A stretch of 64,000 bases of DNA from Candidatus Multivoradales bacterium (GTDB lineage: Bacteria > Acidobacteriota > Thermoanaerobaculia > Multivoradales > JAHEKO01), in the NCBI GenBank assembly GCA_965224065.1, contig CBDCYF010000005.1:2751616-2815615 (forward strand), given 5' to 3'. Of the stretch, positions 38,964-45,830 are shown in pieces. The translations under genes and the position numbers were made by a program. The number at the start of each line of letters is the position of its first letter. Within the stretch, counting starts at the first letter, position 1. Under the pieces are notes generated by a model. The model saw only the letters and a list, made by a program, of their open reading frames with translations. It made no database searches and was not told where the DNA came from.

Positions 38964-40606
38964 GTGAGACCGGCTCGGCGGCGCTCGACAAGACCACGCT
39001 CCGGCGGGTCGAGCAGTATCGGGACCGCTGGACTTCGGAAGAAACCGACTCCGGCCTGCTCGAGATCTCGGACCGTCTGAGCGCCGCGGCGTTGCGCGAG
39101 TTCGAGATCTTCTCTGACTACGACGACAAATTCCTCGAGAAGATCAGCCCCGACGTCTCGCTGGCGACCTGGCGCGAGGGCGCGGTTCTGTTCGAGGAGG
39201 GCGCCTACATCGACCTGGCGTTCTTCGTGGTCGGCGGAGAGGTCGAGGTCTACCTCCGAGGGGTCGAGGGTGCGAGCCAGGGTCCGCGACCGATCTTCGA
39301 TCTGTCGCGCACGATCGTCGGCGCCGCGGAAGGAACCGATTCCTCGCGCGTGACCGAGCCGGGCACGGTGTTGATGCGCCAAGCGACTCGAACCGCATCG
39401 ACACAGATCACCCTCCTGACCACTATGGATTTCGATCTGCCACGCGACGCCGTCACGCGGTTGGGAGAGGGCGAGCTCTTTGGCGAGATCGGCTCGATGA
39501 GCGGTTGGCCGCAGTCGGTGACGGCCCGCACCGCCACCGAGTGCCGTCTGCTGCAGATCCGGGTGCCGGCACTGCGGTTGATGAAGCGCAAATCCAAGGC
39601 GCTCAAGCAACGGCTCGACGCCCTGTACCGGGAGCGCTCGCTGTCCTCCCAGCTCAAGAGCACCCCGGTCTTTGCGGACTGCAACGACATCTTTATCGAG
39701 GCGCTCAAGGAGAAGGTCGAGTTGGTCTCCTGCGATCCGGGCGAAGTGGTGGCCCGCGAGGGAGAGGTGGCCGACGCGTTTTACGTGCTGCGTTCGGGGT
39801 TTCTCAAGCTCTCGCAACGATTCGAACAAGGCGAGATTGTGGTGTCCTATCTCTCCAAGGGGATGAGCCTTGGCGAGATCGAGTTGCTGATCGACGGGGT
39901 GGACGAGTGGCAGACCACGGTGACGTCGGTCGAGTACGCTGAGCTCATCAAGTTGCCCAAGGAGATCTTCGAGCAACTGATCGGCAGCTACCCGGAGATC
40001 AAGGAACGGCTGTGGCGCTCCGCCACCGACCGGGTGCGAGAGGCGGGCTTCAGCCGCCGCAACATCGGCCACGCCGAGTTCACCGACGTCGCTCTCGAGA
40101 CCGGACTGGTGCAGGGCAACAGCATCCTGGCGATCGACCTGGCGAGCTGCACACGATGCGATGACTGCGTGCGCGCCTGCTCGGCGACCCACGGCGGACG
40201 GTCGCGTTTTGTCCGCGAGGGCGACAAGGTCGAGAACCTGCTGATCGCCAAGTCCTGCTACCACTGCCGTGACCCGGTTTGTCTCGTCGGGTGTCCGACG
40301 GGCGCGATCCATCGGGCCGGCGTCGGCGACGTAGTGGCCGTGGATGAGGAGATTTGTATCGGCTGTTCGAGCTGTTCGCGCAACTGCCCCTACGACGCCA
40401 TCGTGATGCACGAGATGGGTGAGAAATGGCCCGACGACATGGTGCCCCAAGGTCTGCGGGGCAAGGACCGCAGCGTGGCGAGCAAGTGCGATCTTTGCTA
40501 CGACACCGGGCACGGCCCCGCGTGTGTGAGCAATTGCCCGCAAGGCTGTGCCTACCGGGTCGGCTCGCTCGAGGAGTTTCAAGAGCTGCTGGCGGGGTGG
40601 AGATAG
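38960..40606 (+). CDS. Cytoplasmic iron-sulfur protein with two cyclic-nucleotide-binding (CAP-effector) domains fused to a four-cluster [4Fe-4S] ferredoxin (NrfC/DmsB/PsrB-like).
   Basis: Two cNMP-binding beta-roll domains (GELFGEIG...SVTARTAT and ...GMSLGEIELL...). Four Cys clusters: CTRCDDCVRAC, CYHCRDPVCLVGCP, CIGCSSCSRNCP, CDLCYDTGHGPACVSNCP. No signal or Tat motif. The ATGA overlap with the octaheme stop suggests coupling. Confidence 0.7.
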   Translation: MSETGSAALDKTTLRRVEQYRDRWTSEETDSGLLEISDRLSAAALREFEIFSDYDDKFLEKISPDVSLATWREGAVLFEEGAYIDLAFFVVGGEVEVYLRGVEGASQGPRPIFDLSRTIVGAAEGTDSSRVTEPGTVLMRQATRTASTQITLLTTMDFDLPRDAVTRLGEGELFGEIGSMSGWPQSVTARTATECRLLQIRVPALRLMKRKSKALKQRLDALYRERSLSSQLKSTPVFADCNDIFIEALKEKVELVSCDPGEVVAREGEVADAFYVLRSGFLKLSQRFEQGEIVVSYLSKGMSLGEIELLIDGVDEWQTTVTSVEYAELIKLPKEIFEQLIGSYPEIKERLWRSATDRVREAGFSRRNIGHAEFTDVALETGLVQGNSILAIDLASCTRCDDCVRACSATHGGRSRFVREGDKVENLLIAKSCYHCRDPVCLVGCPTGAIHRAGVGDVVAVDEEICIGCSSCSRNCPYDAIVMHEMGEKWPDDMVPQGLRGKDRSVASKCDLCYDTGHGPACVSNCPQGCAYRVGSLEEFQELLAGWR

Positions 40607-40610
40607 GGCG

Positions 40611-41459
40611 ATGCCGGAAGCCGCGGGCAAGCTGCATCTTCGCGGGGGACGCCACCGATCGCGCGGGCTCTACGTCTTTGTGCTGGCCATTGCCGCCGCC
40701 CTGGTGGCGCTGACCGCAAACCTGGCTTTTTCCGAGCTCCGTCCGGGCAACGCCTGGGGGCTGACTTACGGCACTCTCGCAGCGTTGCTCCTGGTGGCGG
40801 CCGCGGCCCTAGGGGTCCGCCGGCGCGCTATGAAGACGTCTTCACGTCTGAACGCCGGCAGCGCTCGCCCGTGGCTCGCCTTCCATCTCTACGGCAGCTT
40901 GCTTTTTCTGTTGATCCTGCTGATGCACAGCGGGTTTCGTGTTCCGGAGGGCCGCATCACCTGGTGGCTCTGGGTCGCCAGCTTGTGGATGGTGGCGACC
41001 GGAGTCGTCGGCCGTTTGCTGCAAAAGTGGCTGCCACGCGTCCTGGCGTCGGGTCTTTCGACCGAGGTGCTCTACGAGCGGATTCCCGAGCTGGTCGAAG
41101 AGATCGCCGGCCGGGCCAAGGCCGTGGCCGAGACCTCCGGCGACGCGATCCGCGCACTCTACGATCGAGTGCTGGCGCCGGCACTGGGCAGTCCACGGCG
41201 ACGGTGGATCTACTTAGTCGACGTCACCGGCGGGATCCAGGCTCGGCTCAAAGAGTTTGAATACCTGCGCGCTCTACTCCCGGAAGGCGAGCAAAAAAAG
41301 CTGGACGAGCTCGAGCGGCTCTATCGAACCAAGCTCGAGATCGACGCGCACTACACGCTGCAACTGCCCCTTCGCTGGTGGCTCTACCTCCACCTGCCGG
41401 TCACCCCGGTGGTGCTGGCGCTGTTGCTGCTTCACCTCTACACGGTGCTTTTCTATTGA
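40611..41459 (+). CDS. Integral membrane protein, putative di-heme b-type transmembrane electron carrier (cytochrome b / ferric-reductase-domain-like His pattern).
   Basis: Five predicted TM helices. TM3 (WLAFHLYGSLLFLLILLMHSG) and TM5 (WWLYLHLPVTPVVLALLLLHLY) each carry two His 14 positions apart (His-x13-His), the spacing used for bis-His heme b ligation in cytochrome b and NOX/FRD proteins. The function is inferred. Confidence 0.45.
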   Translation: MPEAAGKLHLRGGRHRSRGLYVFVLAIAAALVALTANLAFSELRPGNAWGLTYGTLAALLLVAAAALGVRRRAMKTSSRLNAGSARPWLAFHLYGSLLFLLILLMHSGFRVPEGRITWWLWVASLWMVATGVVGRLLQKWLPRVLASGLSTEVLYERIPELVEEIAGRAKAVAETSGDAIRALYDRVLAPALGSPRRRWIYLVDVTGGIQARLKEFEYLRALLPEGEQKKLDELERLYRTKLEIDAHYTLQLPLRWWLYLHLPVTPVVLALLLLHLYTVLFY

Positions 41460-43045
41460 GCAAAAAGAAGAGCGGCAAGGGCGCTTTTGGCGATCTCGAC
41501 CTGCCGGTGGCGACGGCCTATCCGAGTCAGTTGTCACGCCGCCGGATGCTCCTGCTGGGAGTGGTCGCGGTGGCCGTGATCGCGGCGTTGATCGCCTATG
41601 TTCAGTTCACGGGCAGCAGCCGTTGGGCCTCGAAGGGTCCGCTGTCCTCGGCGCACGCGGCGTTCGAGTGCGGCAGTTGTCATGCGTCGGACGCTCGTAC
41701 GGTGACCGATGAGAAGTGCTCGTCTTGCCACGAGAAGTTCGGCGACGAGCTGGGTGTCTACACGTTTGCCTCGCACTACTTGTACAAGTCCGACGACTTC
41801 CGTCGCCTGGTCCCCTCGTCGGATGAGAAGCCTTGCTCGGCCTGCCATCTCGAACACGAGGGGCGTCACGCCGACATCACCCGAGTCGGAGACGCGCGTT
41901 GCGAGACCTGCCACTTTGCGTCTTTTGACAAAGACCATCCGGAGTTCGATTTTGCCGCCGAAGAGATCCCGGATCCCGCCGCGCTCGATTTCGCCCACGT
42001 CCACCACGTACGCGAGGTCATGAAGCGTCAGAAGCTCGACGACATCGAGGCCTCGTGTCTCTATTGCCACAACGCTCAGCCCGACGGGCGTGCGTTCCAG
42101 CCGACCTCCTTCGACCGGCATTGCGACGCCTGTCATCTCACCGCGGCGGTATCCACGCCCGGTCTGCCGATTGCGGGCGCTGCGGCGGGTGTCGAGACCC
42201 TGGAGCAGATCGCCGAGCGGGGCGGCCCGGGCACACGCTGGGTCTATTTCTCGAACCCCAACGAGTTCCGGGTTCGAGGCTCCGCGGTCGTCAAGACGCC
42301 GCTACACCACAAAGACCCCTGGGTACTGGACAACCTGCGGCGTTTGCGCGGGATGCTCTATCCTGACGCCGGCCTCGCCGACCTATTGCTCGCGTCGCCC
42401 GACGCCGAGCCGCATGAGATCCGCGCGCTCTATCAAGAGGCGATCGCCGCCCTCGAGGAGCAGGTCGTTGGGTTGCGCGGTCGCCCCGAGCCCGAGATCC
42501 AAGCGGAGCTCGGGCGGATCACCGATCTGCTCGAACGGCTGAAGCAGCAGGTGGCGGACCCGTTTGCGCCCCTCGACGAGACGCGCTTCGCCCTGGCGCT
42601 CGACAGAAAAGCCGATGAGCTCGGCTCGGAAACACAGGGCGAGATCGAGGGCTTGATCGAGGAGTTGACCCGGCCCTGTCTCCAGTGCCACGAGCTGCGC
42701 GCGGCGACGATCGCGCGAGTCCAAAAGGACCAGCGCGTGTTGAGACGCGCAAAGTTCGACCACCGAGCCCACATCATCCAGGCGCGTTGTCTGGATTGCC
42801 ACCGCGGAATCCCCATCGCGGAGGGGCTCGAGTCGGAAACGCCGACCACGCCGACAGACTCTGAGCTAGACCATTCGGCGATCCAGAATCTACCGGGGAT
42901 CGAGACTTGCCGCACCTGTCACCGGTCGCAGCAGGCCGCCGACCGCTGCGTGACCTGTCACGACTTCCACGCCGACAAGAGCCGGCGATCCGAGCTGTTG
43001 CTGTATTTGGGAGAGGACGTACCGGAAGAGGAGGCGAGGTCGTGA
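41456..43045 (+). CDS. Membrane-anchored decaheme c-type cytochrome.
   Basis: Ten CXXCH motifs: CGSCH, CSSCH, CSACH, CETCH, CLYCH, CDACH, CLQCH, CLDCH, CRTCH, CVTCH. The N-terminal TM anchor is MLLLGVVAVAVIAALIAYV. The proposed TTG start at 41456 overlaps the upstream stop. ATG 41546 is an alternative. Confidence 0.7.
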   Translation: MSKKKSGKGAFGDLDLPVATAYPSQLSRRRMLLLGVVAVAVIAALIAYVQFTGSSRWASKGPLSSAHAAFECGSCHASDARTVTDEKCSSCHEKFGDELGVYTFASHYLYKSDDFRRLVPSSDEKPCSACHLEHEGRHADITRVGDARCETCHFASFDKDHPEFDFAAEEIPDPAALDFAHVHHVREVMKRQKLDDIEASCLYCHNAQPDGRAFQPTSFDRHCDACHLTAAVSTPGLPIAGAAAGVETLEQIAERGGPGTRWVYFSNPNEFRVRGSAVVKTPLHHKDPWVLDNLRRLRGMLYPDAGLADLLLASPDAEPHEIRALYQEAIAALEEQVVGLRGRPEPEIQAELGRITDLLERLKQQVADPFAPLDETRFALALDRKADELGSETQGEIEGLIEELTRPCLQCHELRAATIARVQKDQRVLRRAKFDHRAHIIQARCLDCHRGIPIAEGLESETPTTPTDSELDHSAIQNLPGIETCRTCHRSQQAADRCVTCHDFHADKSRRSELLLYLGEDVPEEEARS

Positions 43046-43506
43046 AGGCCAAGCTGATCTCACAGTGGGGATCGACCCGCGGCACCGAGCACGGGATCGC
43101 CGGCGAAGCCACCATCGGGCGCGCCGAAGACAATTCGATTTGCGTCGGTGCGCGACCGGTGTCGTCGCACCATGCGCGGGTCTTTTTCAACGGCGACCGC
43201 GGGCTCTATTACGTCGAAGACCTGGGAAGCCTCAATGGCACCGAGCTCGACGGAATGCGGATCACCCGCGCCGAGCCCCTCGGGCGGCTCCATGTTCTCC
43301 GCTTTGGTGGGGTCGCCGAGTTCCTGTTTGTCGAGCTGGATCGCACCCCGGCCTTTGACGGCTCCGAGCCATCACCCACCAAGGTCCCGTCGGCGGCCGA
43401 CGCCACGGATCAAACTCATGTCGATGCCAAGCTCCCCGAGCTGCCCGAGGCCCTGCGCACTGACACGGCGCCACCGCAACCCCCAGAAGAAGACGGCGGC
43501 GAGTGA
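43042..43506 (+). CDS. FHA domain-containing protein (phospho-threonine binding).
   Basis: 154 aa. FHA signature TIGRAEDNSICVGARPVSSHHARVF...GLYYVEDLGSLNGTELDG. A GTGA overlap joins it to the decaheme stop. Confidence 0.65.
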   Translation: MKAKLISQWGSTRGTEHGIAGEATIGRAEDNSICVGARPVSSHHARVFFNGDRGLYYVEDLGSLNGTELDGMRITRAEPLGRLHVLRFGGVAEFLFVELDRTPAFDGSEPSPTKVPSAADATDQTHVDAKLPELPEALRTDTAPPQPPEEDGGE

Positions 43507-43518
43507 AAGAGGGCTGAC

Positions 43519-45759
43519 GTGGCGGCCCTGGACATCCTGATCGTCGGTGGCGGACCCGCCGGCACGGCGGTGGCCTTTCGCGCCCGCGAGCTGGGTCTCG
43601 ATGCCCTGGTCATCGACTACGACGATCTGATGAAACGCATCCGCGACTATTCCAAGGACAAGCTCATCCTGCCGGCCTTTGGTGGTGGCGACAAGGTGTG
43701 CTTTCCCAGGGGTGGCGATCTCGTCGAGTGTCTTCAGTTTCAACCGATCGACAAGGACGACATGTGCGCCGAGTGGAAGGCGCTTTACGAGAAGCACGAC
43801 ATCGCCAGGCGTGTTGGACTTGAATTGACCGGGCTCGAGCCCTTGGAGGATCGCTATCGCGCCGTGACGTGGGATCACAACCGGCGCACCGAGGAGTGCT
43901 TTGAGGCCCGCCACGTTGTGCTGGCGATCGGTCGCGGGGTGCCGCGGCGCTTCGACATCCCGGGAAATACCGATGGCATCGCCTATCGGCTGGCGGACCC
44001 CGAGGACTACGTCGGCAGCCCGGCGTGCGTGGTGGGTGGCGGCACCTCGGCCGCCGAAGCGGTCATCGCGATCTCCAACGCCAAGTCGCAGGCCGGCGAC
44101 GAGAGCTCGGTCTACTGGTCCTACCGCGGCGACAAGATGCCGCGTGTCTCAAAGTCGCTGGCCGGCGAGTTCTTTGCCGCCTATGTCGGCAACGGCAACA
44201 TTCGCTACTTCCGCAAGAGTGAGCCGGCTGCGATTTCCGTCGGCGACGACCGGCGCGAATACCTCGCCGTCCGGGTCGACCGCCACCAAATGGCCGGCCG
44301 GCCCAACGAGCTGACACTCCTCGAGTTCCCAAAGGAGATGTGCCTTGCCTGTATCGGGGAGGATATTCCCGAAGCCCTGCTCAACTCGTTTGGAATTCAT
44401 CTTGCGACCGGCGGTCCCAGGGGGCGCAAGCGGATGGTCGTCAATCGCTGCCTCGAGACCTGTCGCCCCAACGTCTATCTGATCGGCGACCTGCTGTCCC
44501 AGGCCTATTTCGAGACCGAGGACTTCGATGCCGACCCGGCCGGTTTTCGTGAGATCAAACATCGCGGCAACATCAAATCCGCCCTGCGCGACGGGGTGCG
44601 GGTGGCGCAGATCATCGAGCAGCGGCTGGCCGGCAAGGAGGATGTCGTAGTCGACATCGAAGACGCCGAGGATACGGGCTCCGGTGTCTCGATTGCCGCG
44701 GTCTCCGCGCCTCTGGGATCGAGCGGGCCGCCGCGGGAAAGTCTCGGTGAGGGTCGCTCCGAGACCGAGGCCGAGGCGTTCGTGATTCGGGTGCTGCCGA
44801 CCGGTGTCGAAGAAGACGAGTACCCGGTTCGCTCGCACGGGATCACCACGATCGGGAGCGGGGACTGCGACCTGTCGTTTCCGAGCGATTCGATGCTTGC
44901 GCCGTGCCACGGCTCGGTCTCCCATGGAGAAGAGGGCTACTTTCTGCGCGATGACGGCAGCTCGACCGGGGTGTTTCTCAAGATCGCGCCGGCGCGCAAG
45001 GTCGAGCTCTCGAGCGGCGACCTGCTCCGCGTGGGCCGGCAGTTTCTGGTGCTCCAGCGAGAGAACGGTGTGGCGTCGCTCGTCCACTACTCGGCCGATG
45101 GCGAGGAGCGGGGGCAGCTCGCGCTCGAGCCCGGGAGAACCTGGGTGCTCGGGCGCGGCAACCCCGACCGGGTGCTCGACGCCGGGGACAAGACCCTGTC
45201 GCGGCGGCACCTTGCGGTCTCGTTTGAAAAAGGGGTCGTTCGAGTCAAGGACCTCAAAAGCGTCAACGGGACGTTTCTTCGCGTCCGCCCGGCGCGCCGG
45301 CTCGAACACGGCGACCAGATCCGGCTCGGACAGCAACTCTTGACCTTCAGCCTACGGGGCGAGGCCGCGCTGGACCCGGGAATCGAATCGCGGTCGGCGT
45401 CGGTTGGCGGCGCTGTCGAAGGCGGTACCGAGGCGACACCGGCGCCCGGCCCCGGACAGGCGAGTGTGGTCTTTCGCGGCTCGGGATCTGATGCTCCCAT
45501 CCCGGTGGCGGCGGGTCAGAGCCTGTGCGAGGCGGCCGAGGCCGCCGGAGTCGAGATCACCGCCGAATGCCATTCCGGGATTTGCGGCAGCGATCCGATC
45601 CGGATCGTCTCGGGCGCCGAGTACCTCGCCGGGGACGCTGCCGACCAGGAGCGCGAGACCCTCGAGGAACTCTGCGAGGTCGAGCCGGGCTCGTGCCGGC
45701 TGGCCTGCATGACACGGATCAACGGCCCGGTCGTCGTCGAGCTCCTGAGTTCGGACTGA
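43519..45759 (+). CDS. Multidomain redox protein: FAD/NAD(P)-binding pyridine-nucleotide oxidoreductase domain, then two FHA domains, then a C-terminal Cys-rich ferredoxin-like ([2Fe-2S]?) domain.
   Basis: N-terminal ILIVGGGPAGTAVA (FAD) and VVGGGTSAAEAV (NAD(P)) Rossmann motifs. FHA-1 is ITTIGSGDCDLSF...GYFLRDDGSSTGVFL. FHA-2 is TWVLGRGNPDRVLD...SRRHLAVSF...DLKSVNGTFL. The C-terminus carries CHSGICGSD...CRLAC. 746 aa. Confidence 0.65.
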   Translation: MAALDILIVGGGPAGTAVAFRARELGLDALVIDYDDLMKRIRDYSKDKLILPAFGGGDKVCFPRGGDLVECLQFQPIDKDDMCAEWKALYEKHDIARRVGLELTGLEPLEDRYRAVTWDHNRRTEECFEARHVVLAIGRGVPRRFDIPGNTDGIAYRLADPEDYVGSPACVVGGGTSAAEAVIAISNAKSQAGDESSVYWSYRGDKMPRVSKSLAGEFFAAYVGNGNIRYFRKSEPAAISVGDDRREYLAVRVDRHQMAGRPNELTLLEFPKEMCLACIGEDIPEALLNSFGIHLATGGPRGRKRMVVNRCLETCRPNVYLIGDLLSQAYFETEDFDADPAGFREIKHRGNIKSALRDGVRVAQIIEQRLAGKEDVVVDIEDAEDTGSGVSIAAVSAPLGSSGPPRESLGEGRSETEAEAFVIRVLPTGVEEDEYPVRSHGITTIGSGDCDLSFPSDSMLAPCHGSVSHGEEGYFLRDDGSSTGVFLKIAPARKVELSSGDLLRVGRQFLVLQRENGVASLVHYSADGEERGQLALEPGRTWVLGRGNPDRVLDAGDKTLSRRHLAVSFEKGVVRVKDLKSVNGTFLRVRPARRLEHGDQIRLGQQLLTFSLRGEAALDPGIESRSASVGGAVEGGTEATPAPGPGQASVVFRGSGSDAPIPVAAGQSLCEAAEAAGVEITAECHSGICGSDPIRIVSGAEYLAGDAADQERETLEELCEVEPGSCRLACMTRINGPVVVELLSSD

Positions 45760-45760
45760 A

Positions 45761-45830
45761 GCGGCCGGCGCCCCTGCCGGTCGTTGGGGCCGGTGTCCCG
45801 CCGGCCGACCCTACCCGGCCGGAAAATCGA
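45761..45830. repeat. REP-like hairpin element (type B) between convergent genes. Probably a bidirectional terminator.
   Basis: tgaagcggccggcgcccctgccgg..., the same unit as at 31367 and inside aceF. Followed by further GC palindromes (ccggccgg). Confidence 0.6.
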
